Source of the DNA: a virus | Direction: 5' to 3' (one strand) | Virus record (IMG/VR): IMGVR_UViG_3300033149_002985 | Coordinates: 28,966 to 92,965 of that record | DNA length: 64,000 nucleotides | Shown here: piece by piece, positions 1 to 10,559 of the stretch | Position numbering within the stretch: position 1 is the stretch's first letter | Layout: each line of letters opens with the position of its first letter | Program-made: the position numbers and the translations under genes | Notes under the pieces: model-generated | Seen by the model: the letters and a program-made list of their open reading frames with translations, nothing else | Told to the model about the DNA's origin: nothing | Databases searched by the model: none

Positions 1-158
1 GTTCAAGTGCTGGTAATTTTCTTTATTTAAATGCTGGTAATGGAGCATTAAGTGGAGCAAAAACTTTATATGCTCAAATAAAATTGATATTTCCATCTTC
101 TCAAACAGAGGGAGGAGCAGAAGTCCCTATTTTGATATGTAAGTACACCACATTATGA
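1..158 (+). CDS. 3' end of an upstream virion-operon gene (partial)
   Basis: Open frame 3 (SSAGNFLYLNAGNG...CKYTTL) ending TGA at 156-158, followed by a GGAG RBS for the next gene. Confidence 0.6.
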   Translation, partial: SSAGNFLYLNAGNGALSGAKTLYAQIKLIFPSSQTEGGAEVPILICKYTTL

Positions 159-175
159 TTTAATAGGAGATATTT

Positions 176-985
176 ATGAGAATTTGTATAGATTGCAGAA
201 ATCCTTTAGGACAAGGATCAAACAAGACAGGTAGATGTTGGCAATGTTATGTCAATCATCAAAAGAAATATGCAAAAAAATCTTATTGTATTGATTGTGA
301 TAAAGAAACTGTTAGAGGAGCAAAACACTGTAAATCTTGCGAAATGATTAGAATTAAAAAAGTTTATTTTTGTTATGATTGTAAAAAAACAGTCAGAAAT
401 AAAAATGTAAAACGATGTTGGGAATGCCATAAAAAACGTATTTATAAAGTAAAAAATAAATGCGTAGATTGTGAAAAAGAATTAAGTTTAAGAAATTGTA
501 CTCGATGTGTAAAATGCAATGGTATTTTTCATGCAAAAAATATTACAGGAAAAAAACATACAGAAGAACATAAAAAGAAAATAGGTAAAGCTTCTAAAAA
601 ACGATGGGCAGAAGAAAATTTTAGAAATAAAATTTTAAAAGCGCAAAGAGCAGGTATGTTTATAGCTCCAAATCGCCCAGAAACTAATTTAAATTCTTTA
701 TTAAATATTTTATTTTCTCAAGAATATAAATTTGTAGGTGATGGAAAAGTAATAATAGATGGCTTCAATCCTGATTTCATAAATTGTAATGGTCAAAAGA
801 AAATAATCGAACTTTACGGAGATTATTGGCATAATCTTCCTGGATATAAAGAAAGAGATATTAGAAGATTAAAATCTTATAAAAAATATGGCTATCAAAC
901 TCTGATTATTTGGGAACACGAATTAAAGAATTTAAATCGAATAAAGGAAAAAATAAAGAATTTTCATTATGACTTTAAATTTTAG
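176..985 (+). CDS. Free-standing homing-type endonuclease: CxxC repeats + NUMOD3-like + Vsr/DUF559-like PD-(D/E)XK domain
   Basis: Many CxxC pairs, GKKHTEEHKKKIG motif, C-terminal NPDF...IIELYGDYWH...LIIWEHEL. Confidence 0.8.
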   Translation: MRICIDCRNPLGQGSNKTGRCWQCYVNHQKKYAKKSYCIDCDKETVRGAKHCKSCEMIRIKKVYFCYDCKKTVRNKNVKRCWECHKKRIYKVKNKCVDCEKELSLRNCTRCVKCNGIFHAKNITGKKHTEEHKKKIGKASKKRWAEENFRNKILKAQRAGMFIAPNRPETNLNSLLNILFSQEYKFVGDGKVIIDGFNPDFINCNGQKKIIELYGDYWHNLPGYKERDIRRLKSYKKYGYQTLIIWEHELKNLNRIKEKIKNFHYDFKF

Positions 986-1577
986 AAATTATAATTTTGA
1001 TAAAAATCAAGTAACTGCTCTTGCCACAGATACTGTAAATGGAGAATTTTTGTGGATTGCTTTTGCTAAAGATGCGACAACAGGAAAATGTACTCTACGA
1101 AAAGTTAGTGCACATAATCCTAATCAAGTTTTTTATAATATCAATCTTTCTGTAGATAGTATTGTTAGATTAAAAATAAAAAGCAATTCGATTTATGTTG
1201 CAGTAGAACATTCTACTATTATGGGCTATAAAATATTAACTACAAATCCTTTGACATCACAAGTTCCTATTAATAGACCTATAAGTATAGTAGAAAATCC
1301 TATTGATATTGCCGTTGGTGCAACTTACGTATATTATTTGTTTCCTGGTGATACCAGTGGAGAAAATACTAAAATCGTACAAGTAGATACTGATGGAGTT
1401 ATAGAAGAAACGATTGATTTATATCAAAGTGCGGAAATAGTTATAAATGCAAGAAGTATCACTTATGAAAATTCTAATCTTTGGGTTATAACTTATACTG
1501 ATCCTGTTGATTTAATTAGAGTATATCAAAACAGTGGAGGAATTTGGACTTTTTCTGTTACTAGTATAGGGACATAA
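969..1577 (+). CDS. Putative virion/tail protein, beta-propeller-like
   Basis: Beta-rich repeats; position in the structural operon. Confidence 0.45.
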   Translation: MTLNFRNYNFDKNQVTALATDTVNGEFLWIAFAKDATTGKCTLRKVSAHNPNQVFYNINLSVDSIVRLKIKSNSIYVAVEHSTIMGYKILTTNPLTSQVPINRPISIVENPIDIAVGATYVYYLFPGDTSGENTKIVQVDTDGVIEETIDLYQSAEIVINARSITYENSNLWVITYTDPVDLIRVYQNSGGIWTFSVTSIGT

Positions 1578-1601
1578 ATATAATAAAAGGAGAAGAAAAT
1601 A

Positions 1602-2075
1602 ATGTCAAAAAAGAAAACAATACAAGCAGGAACTTTTATTACAAAAGAGAATTGGGTAATAAAAACTGTTAATAATGAAACTGGTAATGTTTTGAGTTAT
1701 GAAGAAAAAAATCTCATTGTTAATGATGGATTAACTCTTCTACGTAATTTGCTTGCTGGGGATGCTGTCGCTAATCCACAAGCAATAGGTATTGGAACTG
1801 GAACTACTTCACCTGTAAATGCGGATACAACATTAGAAACTGAATTAACACGAGCTTTAGCAATAATTACGAAACCAGCTAGTTACCAAGTTAAATATAG
1901 TAAAACTTTTACTTTTGGATCTGGAGTATCAGAAAATATTACAGAAGCAGGACTTTTTGATAGTGATACAGTATCAGGATCAATTATGTTAGCAAGAACA
2001 ACTTTTTCTGCAAAACCAGTAAGTGCAGTTGTTGATTTAATTGTACAAGCAATAATTACAATTTCAAGAGTATAA
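1602..2075 (+). CDS. Phage tail/baseplate structural protein
   Basis: NLIVNDG...AIGIGTG...DTTLETE...ITEAGLF pattern typical of tail-fibre N-terminal/baseplate proteins. Confidence 0.7.
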   Translation: MSKKKTIQAGTFITKENWVIKTVNNETGNVLSYEEKNLIVNDGLTLLRNLLAGDAVANPQAIGIGTGTTSPVNADTTLETELTRALAIITKPASYQVKYSKTFTFGSGVSENITEAGLFDSDTVSGSIMLARTTFSAKPVSAVVDLIVQAIITISRV

Positions 2076-2093
2076 TTAAGGAGATAATTTATT

Positions 2094-5000
2094 ATGGCTT
2101 TTAAAGCAGGATGGTCTTATAGAAAAAAATTAACTATAGATTCTACTAAAATAGATTCAGTTTTAACAGATTTTCCAATTTTAGTAAAATTAACTAGTTC
2201 TAATTTCGATTTCAGTAAAGCAGAATCAGATGGTATAGATGTTTGTTTTACCACTGATGACGGTACAACTTTATTAAAATTTGAAAGAGAAGACCATAAT
2301 ATAGATACTCAATATAATGTTGATTTAACAAGTCCGAGCACTATAGTAATTAAAGATACTGAAACAGGAGGCGAAGAAGCAACTAAAGCTTGGGATAATG
2401 GTGCTTCTAGTTTTTGGGGATCTTCTACTGGAGCTTTCCCTCATTATATTGGAGTAGATTTTGGAGTTGGTAATTCGGAAATTATTAATCAATATACTAT
2501 TAGTGCAAGAACTGATGGTGGATATATTGAAACTCCTTATGATTGGAAATTACAAGGAAGTAATACTGGTGCATGGGGCGGAGAAGAAGTTGATTTAGAT
2601 ATTCGTACAAGTGAAGTTTTCGCACAAAGTCAAAAAAGAACTTTTAATAATTTTTCTGAAGGTCAAAATTCTACTGCTTATAGATATTATCGAATCCGTA
2701 TTACTGATAATCAACCATCAGCAACCAATACAAAAGCCTCTATTGCTGAAGTAGAATTAATGGATATCTCTACAGAAGGCGAAGGTTTTTATTGGGTGAA
2801 GATTCCCTCAGTTTCTTCATCTATCGATACTGAATTTTATGTTTATTATGACAATACAGGAGCCTTGGATGGAGAAGATTCGCCAAACGTGTGGGATTCT
2901 GACTTCAAAGGAGTTTGGCATTTAAAAGAACTTGAAGGAGCAAGTGGAGGAACAGATTATTTAGATTCTACTTCAAATAATAATGATGGTATTGGTAACT
3001 TAGAACCAATTAGAACCAAAGCAAAAATATCTTATGGAGAATTATTTAATGGAACTAGTAAAAAATTAGAAATTCCAGATTCTGCCAATTTAGAACTCGG
3101 TACAAGTGATTTCACAATTAACGCTACAATTAGTTTTTCAACTACAGTAGGAAATCAAGCTATTTTAGGAAGATTTGCAAACAGTGGAAGTTATTTTTAT
3201 TTTGCTTGGGAGTCTGGAGCCATACGATTTCGAGATTATGGAGGGAGTATTGATTTTTGGAGATTATGGTCACCTTCTGCTGGAGTTTATTATGATATTG
3301 AAGTTACAAGAAATGGTAATGATTTTAAAATCTTTGTTGATGGTGCTCAATTAGGAGCTACATATACTTCTGGTGCTTCTTTAGTTGACCGACCAGAAGA
3401 TTGGAATATAGGTTCTTTCGGAACAAATTATTATTTTAACGGTTTAATTGATGAAGTTAGAATTACTGTTGGAACAGATCGAGGACAAGATTATCGAGAT
3501 GCTAATATTGATTCTTTAAATGATAGTTTATTAAGTTTTGGAAATGAAGAAGCTGGAGAAACTGCATTAATTCCAGATACTATTGAAGTAGCCGATGATT
3601 GGACTATTCTTACTAATCCTGACTTGGTTGATTTGATTGAAGATGTTAATATTAATGACGATTGGTCTATTATTTCAAATCCAGAATCGGCAGAGATTTT
3701 AGATTCTGTTTTATTATCTGATAGTTGGACTATCGAAAGTTTTGGTACAGCGTCTTATGCTACGAAAATTATAAGTTATAATCCTCTAGTTTTTATTACC
3801 GATACTACTCCTATGAGAATAGTTAAAGTAGATATTAGTGATCGGGAAAATCCTACTTGGGATGTTTATGAAATATCAGGTCTAAGTGGAGCAACAGATA
3901 TCATATATAATGATTTGTTTGGTCTTATTTATGTTTCTACAGCAGACGGAAAAATTCTGGAAATAGACGCTTCTGATTTTACAATTACAACGATACGAGA
4001 TACAGGAGACACAGATGATTTATTACAAATTGCTTCTTTAGATAGTTTTCATAATATTTATGTAGGTACAGAAGATTTAGATGGAGAAGTTATAATGATG
4101 GACAAATCTGAGATAGAATCTTTGGGTTTAGATATTAGATTTCTTCAAGAAGTTCAAACATCAATAGGTTTATCTATTAATAGTATAAATGGAGTGTCTA
4201 TTGGTACAGATATTAGATTTTTAGGAGAAAATACCCAAACTATTGGTATGGATATCAGATTCCATCCCCAAACAAATCATCCTTTTGATCCTCAAACAAA
4301 TAATCCTTTTCCTACATCTGGAGCTCCAGCAGAGCCTATTAAAAGAGAAGATTTTCACATTTATATTAATTCGGTAGAAATCGATGATGCGAAATTAGAT
4401 TCTATTTTAATTTACCATACTATTGATAATAAAAGTACAGCTTCATTTATTTTAAATAGAAAACATGACCAGTTAGATTTTTATTTAGATGGTACTCCAT
4501 CTCAAATTACAAACCAAAATGAAGTAAAAATTTATATTCAAAGTGTTTTAGAATTTATTGGAAACATAGAAACTATTGATTGTCAAAGTGATACTGAGAC
4601 TGTTAAAATAGAAGCTATTGGAGATTTTAAACAAGACGATAGGAAAACTGTTACGCTATCATTACCAACTATAGATGAACAATTACATTTATATCATGCT
4701 TTAATTCATAATCCAGTTATATATACTCCAATAATTGATGAAGATGAAGAAAATCCTAAATTAGCCAAAGGGATTAAAGTTAATCTAGGTAAAATTACAG
4801 AACAAAGTATCTATCGTAATATACAATTTGATAGTGCTCCTGGAGTTGTAGGAGGAAATAGAGCAGAACAAATTATGGAAGGAACATTTCAACCTACTCA
4901 AAATTATACCTATTTTTGGGGAAGTATAAATGCAGATAATTTTTTCACAGGTCAAACTATTAGTGTTCCTTATGTTGGAACAAGTCTAGCAGGATTTACA

Positions 5001-5663
5001 ACAGATCTATGGTTTTTAAATTCAGTTGCTTATAGAAAACAACGAGAACGTGATGATATAATTACTGATAGATTTACATTAAACAATGCTTCTCCAGGAA
5101 GTACTGAACAAATTGAATTAGAAGATGGTACTTATGAAACTTATTATTTAATTGGGGAAACTCCTTATGAAGAAATAAATGTTAGAAGTGGTAAACTTAT
5201 TACAAAAAATAAATGGGTAGATAAACCTAATGGGTTATATAGAGAAAAAGATGCTGGATATGATTTTTTAAATTATGCAAAACAGGTTGCTGACTTAGAA
5301 TATGATAAATTAAAAAATATTAATGGAGATATTTTTCCAAAATCTTCAGCAGAGATTGGAATTTTTATAGATGGATACTATTATTATGGACTATCATTGT
5401 TGACAAGAATAAATATTGATAATACTACTACTGCATCTATTTATAATTCCAATAACGGTTTTCCTGTAAGTGTTAAAGGAATAGAAATCAATTCTTCTAC
5501 TATGAGAGTAACGCTACGAACAGATAATTCCTTTTCAGATTTAGAGCTATTAGAAATAGATGAACAAATGCCAGATGAAGATTCAGACGAATTTAATTTT
5601 GAAGCGGAATCTGCTTTACAATTTGCAAAATATGATCCTGCTAAAAATTCTTTTCCAGAGTAA
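2094..5663 (+). CDS. Large tail/adhesin protein (DUF2341 + discoidin-like + LamG + propeller + tail-hub-like region)
   Basis: WSYRKKLTID...DFPILVKL and WVKIP...FYVYY (DUF2341); YRYYRIRI (F5/8C-like); FNGLIDEVRI (LamG). Confidence 0.75.
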   Translation: MAFKAGWSYRKKLTIDSTKIDSVLTDFPILVKLTSSNFDFSKAESDGIDVCFTTDDGTTLLKFEREDHNIDTQYNVDLTSPSTIVIKDTETGGEEATKAWDNGASSFWGSSTGAFPHYIGVDFGVGNSEIINQYTISARTDGGYIETPYDWKLQGSNTGAWGGEEVDLDIRTSEVFAQSQKRTFNNFSEGQNSTAYRYYRIRITDNQPSATNTKASIAEVELMDISTEGEGFYWVKIPSVSSSIDTEFYVYYDNTGALDGEDSPNVWDSDFKGVWHLKELEGASGGTDYLDSTSNNNDGIGNLEPIRTKAKISYGELFNGTSKKLEIPDSANLELGTSDFTINATISFSTTVGNQAILGRFANSGSYFYFAWESGAIRFRDYGGSIDFWRLWSPSAGVYYDIEVTRNGNDFKIFVDGAQLGATYTSGASLVDRPEDWNIGSFGTNYYFNGLIDEVRITVGTDRGQDYRDANIDSLNDSLLSFGNEEAGETALIPDTIEVADDWTILTNPDLVDLIEDVNINDDWSIISNPESAEILDSVLLSDSWTIESFGTASYATKIISYNPLVFITDTTPMRIVKVDISDRENPTWDVYEISGLSGATDIIYNDLFGLIYVSTADGKILEIDASDFTITTIRDTGDTDDLLQIASLDSFHNIYVGTEDLDGEVIMMDKSEIESLGLDIRFLQEVQTSIGLSINSINGVSIGTDIRFLGENTQTIGMDIRFHPQTNHPFDPQTNNPFPTSGAPAEPIKREDFHIYINSVEIDDAKLDSILIYHTIDNKSTASFILNRKHDQLDFYLDGTPSQITNQNEVKIYIQSVLEFIGNIETIDCQSDTETVKIEAIGDFKQDDRKTVTLSLPTIDEQLHLYHALIHNPVIYTPIIDEDEENPKLAKGIKVNLGKITEQSIYRNIQFDSAPGVVGGNRAEQIMEGTFQPTQNYTYFWGSINADNFFTGQTISVPYVGTSLAGFTTDLWFLNSVAYRKQRERDDIITDRFTLNNASPGSTEQIELEDGTYETYYLIGETPYEEINVRSGKLITKNKWVDKPNGLYREKDAGYDFLNYAKQVADLEYDKLKNINGDIFPKSSAEIGIFIDGYYYYGLSLLTRINIDNTTTASIYNSNNGFPVSVKGIEINSSTMRVTLRTDNSFSDLELLEIDEQMPDEDSDEFNFEAESALQFAKYDPAKNSFPE

Positions 5664-5674
5664 GAGGTCATAAA

Positions 5675-6325
5675 ATGTTTCAGTCTTTTAAAAATAATAA
5701 ATATAAATTAAATAAATTATGGAATCAAACTACAGAAAACGAAGTTAATTCTGATAGAATTAATAAAGAAGAAATAAATGTTCATCCAGTTACTATTATT
5801 AAAAAAACAAGAGAATTAATTTTAGATTTTGATACTATGTATTATGACCTATATGATTTTTTAGGAATAACTTACCAAGGAGGAGGTTCCTCTCCTCAAC
5901 CCGAATCCGCATATATAGAAGATCGTCCTAATCATTGGTATTTTAAATACCCATCTCATAGCTTCAAAGTTCCTCAAGGAGAAAAGCCTGAAGACATTAC
6001 AGGAACTTCGGCAGAAGATTGGAATTATGTTAAAACTATAGGAAGTATTAAACAAACCTATCATTTTGAATTGTTTCCAGATTGGGCTATTCCATATATA
6101 AAAATTAAAACTTATATTTATTCTATAGATGATATAGGAATTCCTGTCGAGATAGAGGATTTATCTACTTTTCATAGATGGATTAAAAAGGAACCAGGGT
6201 ATGATTTTGAATTTCATGGATTTTTTACATTACCAGAAGAACAAGAATTATTGCTTCAAGTAAGTCTAGTTGGATTAAATAAGGGAGTTATGAATGCAAT
6301 ACAAGGAAACCAAATACAAAGTTAA
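5675..6325 (+). CDS. Putative virion protein (member of a paralogous trio)
   Basis: ORF track; operon context; similar termini to the next two genes. Confidence 0.5.
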   Translation: MFQSFKNNKYKLNKLWNQTTENEVNSDRINKEEINVHPVTIIKKTRELILDFDTMYYDLYDFLGITYQGGGSSPQPESAYIEDRPNHWYFKYPSHSFKVPQGEKPEDITGTSAEDWNYVKTIGSIKQTYHFELFPDWAIPYIKIKTYIYSIDDIGIPVEIEDLSTFHRWIKKEPGYDFEFHGFFTLPEEQELLLQVSLVGLNKGVMNAIQGNQIQS

Positions 6326-7556
6326 TACAATAAAATCAAGACAAAATAATACTGAACAAGTTCTTATTCAGAAAGATCAGAAAAGTTTAGATTCTAGAGA
6401 TGCTAGAAAAGTTATAAAAAAACCTGTATTGTTATATGATTCTGACTGGATACTTGCAGAAAAAGAAGATATCTCAAGTGCTATATCTCAAGAAGAAGGT
6501 ACTCTTTTACCTGAACGAGCTCTTTATGATTTTGAAACTACTTTAAATGTACCAGAGAAATTTCTCCAAGATTTAAAAATAGAAGTATTAACTAGATCAG
6601 AACCAGAAGCCAATATACAAGGAGTATTTCCTTATATTGGTAGTGCCAAAAGAGAACTATCTTTTCAATTATATGATTGGCATGGTATTACATATACCAA
6701 TACTATTGTTATTTGGTTATTTGAAACTTATTGGGAAAATGGTATTTTAATTATTACAGATATTTTAAGTCCTCAATATTTTGGATGTTTGGAACCTCCT
6801 CAACCAGTAGATGCCTATGATTTTGAGTATACTATTAATTATTACGGAGAAGAATATGATGAACATTATGTATGGACTTTTAAATATCCTATTACAGATT
6901 TTCCAGTTCCAATAGGACAAGATCCAACATATCATCTTCCTGTTGCAGAAGAATATGTGTATCCAAATGTATTAGAATATACTAGATGTGGTGATCCTGC
7001 TCCAGATAGTTATTGGACACAAGGCGCAACTAAACAATTTTATGAAGTTGTTGCTATTTATGGATTACAAGAAGCTAAAGATCTTTTAAATGAATCTTAT
7101 AATAATATTACTTATTCTGACGAATCTGATAGTTTTAAAGGAGAAGTTCCAAATAAAGAATCTCTCCCATTAACTGGAAATGAAAGAGGAGATTATTATA
7201 TTTCTACAGATATTTCTGTTTATTATGTTTGGTCTATTGATGAACCAGATGGAACGATAGATGATTGGGTATCTGCTGGTGCATCTATTTATAAAGCTTA
7301 TGAGACAATTTTTACACCTGAAGTTGCTACTTCTAATCAAATTAAAAAAATTACAAAGTTGTCTGGAACTAGTGCAATTTTAAATGTTTCTGGAGATGTT
7401 TTACTTATCTCTCCTGCGAATACAGAAACTATATATTCTGATCCTTTATTTCCTACTTATCAAGCAACAACTGGAGGAGATGTAGAAATTCGTTTAAAAG
7501 TTTATATCGATAATCCAAATTATTTTACAGAAACAAAAGGTTATAGTCGTGTCTAA
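6294..7556 (+). CDS. Putative virion protein (member of a paralogous trio)
   Basis: ORF track; acidic and Tyr-rich; operon context. Confidence 0.5.
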   Translation: MQYKETKYKVNTIKSRQNNTEQVLIQKDQKSLDSRDARKVIKKPVLLYDSDWILAEKEDISSAISQEEGTLLPERALYDFETTLNVPEKFLQDLKIEVLTRSEPEANIQGVFPYIGSAKRELSFQLYDWHGITYTNTIVIWLFETYWENGILIITDILSPQYFGCLEPPQPVDAYDFEYTINYYGEEYDEHYVWTFKYPITDFPVPIGQDPTYHLPVAEEYVYPNVLEYTRCGDPAPDSYWTQGATKQFYEVVAIYGLQEAKDLLNESYNNITYSDESDSFKGEVPNKESLPLTGNERGDYYISTDISVYYVWSIDEPDGTIDDWVSAGASIYKAYETIFTPEVATSNQIKKITKLSGTSAILNVSGDVLLISPANTETIYSDPLFPTYQATTGGDVEIRLKVYIDNPNYFTETKGYSRV

Positions 7557-8067
7557 TCCTATTTATAAATATATTATTAAACGTCTTTGGGAACAAGATG
7601 AAGCTAATAGGCTAGAAACTTTATCTACAAATGATATTGCTGTAAAGAATGTAGAATTGCGAAAACAAGCTCAAGTTTTACTTTCTGTATTTAAAAAACT
7701 TAGAGATCTTTCTTCTGATTGGGAATATATGGATAGTTTAATTGTAAATGAAGAAACAAAATATTTATATAAACAATGGGAGATAGAGATTGTCTCGGTA
7801 AGTTTTGTTCAATTAGAATATGTTACCCATATATTATTACCACTTATAAGTTATAATATTATATATGATGAACCTATTACCAATGATTTAGATTTTTATA
7901 ACACTGGATTGGAATTAAAAAATAATTTCTTTTATGATATGAAAGGAGAAACTTTGATATTAAAAGCTTCTGTTTTGATAGAAAAGGTATATGGAACTGA
8001 GGAATTAGTAGTTCCACAAGTAAAACTATTAGTTGATATTGATAGTTCTTTTTTAGAATTACATTAA
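7549..8067 (+). CDS. Putative virion protein, last + strand gene
   Basis: ORF track; TAA stop shared with the convergent gene (TTAA 8064-8067). Confidence 0.5.
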   Translation: MSNPIYKYIIKRLWEQDEANRLETLSTNDIAVKNVELRKQAQVLLSVFKKLRDLSSDWEYMDSLIVNEETKYLYKQWEIEIVSVSFVQLEYVTHILLPLISYNIIYDEPITNDLDFYNTGLELKNNFFYDMKGETLILKASVLIEKVYGTEELVVPQVKLLVDIDSSFLELH

Positions 8068-8465
8068 TTTTTAGGTTTCATTTTAGGAGTAATATTTTTA
8101 TCCCATTTTCCCTTATGCCAACTTCCGTCTTTCTGTCCTTGATTTTCCTCGCCATAGTTTACTAGTTTAGTATAAACTTTTCCTTCCTGAAAATCATAAA
8201 CAGTCTGATATACGTTATTTTTCCATTTTCCCATAATAATGACATAAGGAATAGTTTTAAACCCTATATTTACCCCATCAACCCTGGCTACAATGTGCCC
8301 ATATGCTTCAAATCCTTCTAATACGAGGACTTTTTTAGTTAAACTATACTCAATCCTAATAATTGGTTTATCAGGCATTTTATCCCATTTACTGTCTGAA
8401 TAATGTCCTCCTTGCCACTCTGTTCCATCTTCAAAAAATACTAAATATGAAGTGTTATTTAACAT
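8064..8465 (-). CDS. Hypothetical protein, last gene of the - strand block
   Basis: 133-aa ORF with upstream AAGGA RBS. Confidence 0.6.
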   Translation of the reverse strand: MLNNTSYLVFFEDGTEWQGGHYSDSKWDKMPDKPIIRIEYSLTKKVLVLEGFEAYGHIVARVDGVNIGFKTIPYVIIMGKWKNNVYQTVYDFQEGKVYTKLVNYGEENQGQKDGSWHKGKWDKNITPKMKPKN

Positions 8466-8666
8466 AATTTTCCTTTTTTATAGAATAATAAATATGTCCT
8501 AATTTTTCAAATTGAGTATCTGAAATTCCAAGATGAAAATCTTCATCCAGAATAGATCGAATTTTGTTAAAGGTATCTAATCCGTTTGGATTTATATCTA
8601 ATTTGAGTTTATGTAACAATCTAGCTATTTTTAAATGTCTTTCTAATTTCATATTATCCTTTCCTA

Positions 8667-8736
8667 CTAGCCTTCGGCTAGGGGGGCTCTGCCCCCTTGG
8701 TTAACCCCCGTTCTTAGGGAGCGAAGCTCCTTTTTT
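8667..8736. promoter_or_regulatory. Cluster of three GC-rich triloop hairpins; the third, followed by T6, may terminate + strand transcription
   Basis: CTAGCC-TTC-GGCTAG (8667-8681), GGGGGC-TCT-GCCCCC (8682-8696), GGAGC-GAA-GCTCC (8718-8730) then TTTTTT. Confidence 0.65.
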
Positions 8737-10559
8737 AAATATCCCTAAATTCTTGAGTTTCTATACAATAAATTTTTTTAGCTTTTTTCCCATATGGAGT
8801 TTCATCATATCTATCTTTAATATATTTTTGTCTCTTACGACTATAATAAGAAGTATAATGTAAATATTCCCATTCTACAACAATCCATGTCTTATTTGCG
8901 TATTTTTCAAGATGTTCTTGTGCCAGTTGTCTGGCGACTTTATAAACTTCTTCTGTTATGCCCATTTCTTTTAATTGATCTTCACTTAGTTTAATCATTT
9001 AATACCTCCTTTAATGTGCCGTATTTAGCCCCTGTGGGACGTTTATGGCTTTTGCCACCATCTTCCCTTAATATGGGCGAAATCGCCTGTTTTCGGTCAT
9101 GGATAAAACTGTGAAATAACAGCATTATGATGTATTCCATATTTGGTTATTAAAGCGTTAAAATCCCTCTCCTTATAAATGGGAGGAAGTTTTGATGCTG
9201 TTCTTCTTAAATTTTCTGCCTTCATAGCTTCCATTTCAATTAGAGCACAGGCTACTTGAGCGTTTACATATGCGACGGTTTGTTCATCTGTCATTTTTTC
9301 CTCTCTTTTTTTAAGTCATCTAAAAAAGCTGAAATATCATTTAAACATTCATTATTCCAAATTGTTCCCGTTTCTGGAAAGAAGGTATATTGTCTCCATC
9401 TTGGAAACCATTTAATAATGGCTAAACGATCCCCATGTAATTTAGAGTATACAGCGTAAACTTGCGTTTTTGGTTTGTTTTCTATTATTTTAAATGTAAG
9501 ATATTTAGAGTCCATATTTAATTTATCCATTAAATTTATGAATTAGACAAACTTTTCTTCCACCCATTGTTCCACAAAGACATCTTTCTCTTTGTTCTTT
9601 GAGTTCATATTCTTTAATAATTTCTGCAACTTTATCAGGATCAATTTCGTTTAAATAATCAAAAACTGCTCTTTCCAATGGATTGCTTTTTATTTCTTGT
9701 ATTTCCCACCAGGCATTCATAATTTCTAAACCTTCATTATAAACTTTATCTTCTTGGCTTTGTTGGAATCCATCGAAATGAGTCGAAGGATCATGGATTC
9801 TTTTCTTCGGTTTTTCAATCATTAATACAATCTCCTTATCTTTGTATCGTCCAATAACTTATTCCAGTACAAACTATTCCAATGGAACCCATGATTTTTC
9901 CTATTAAAGGAAAGGTTGTCCATGCGCCTATGAGTCCTACAGTCATGAGAACAAACCCTGCTATCAATAAATATAAGAATATAGTAAAATAAGTTAAGAT
10001 TGTCATTATTTATCTTCTCTAATTAATTTTGCAATCGTTTTCCAATAATTTATTTTCTTTTTAAGTATAGGTGCAATTTTTATGGTTTTTCCATCTCGTA
10101 TCACAAATCCAGCACATAAATAAGAAGTAGTTACTTGATATAACCCATCTTTCATTATTATCCTTTTTGATTTTTAACTTGAATATAAAGTTTTTTATGT
10201 TTTAATGCATCATCAGCCATACTTTTTAATTCATCAACCAAGCCTTTCATTTGTTTTGCAGATTTTGGATTATAACAATCATAATTCCAAGCTACTGCTG
10301 AAATATTAAATAATACATCTCTATAATATTTTGCGGAACCAGGTTTGTAAAGATTACATTTCGTCATTTTCTTAGTCATACTTCTCCTTTTGTAACTCTT
10401 CATATATAGACCAAAATATGGAAGTTCGTTTATAAAGATCATTATCATATTTTTGGTAAAATTTAATTCTATTATACATATAATTAGTTAAAGTTTGTGT
10501 CTTATTACATCCCATACAAAGACATAAAATAACAATTAAGATTAAATATGATATTTTAT

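Noticed and set aside
2094-5663. Adhesin as a diversity-generating retroelement target
   Set aside because: No reverse transcriptase and no TR/VR repeat pair seen in the window
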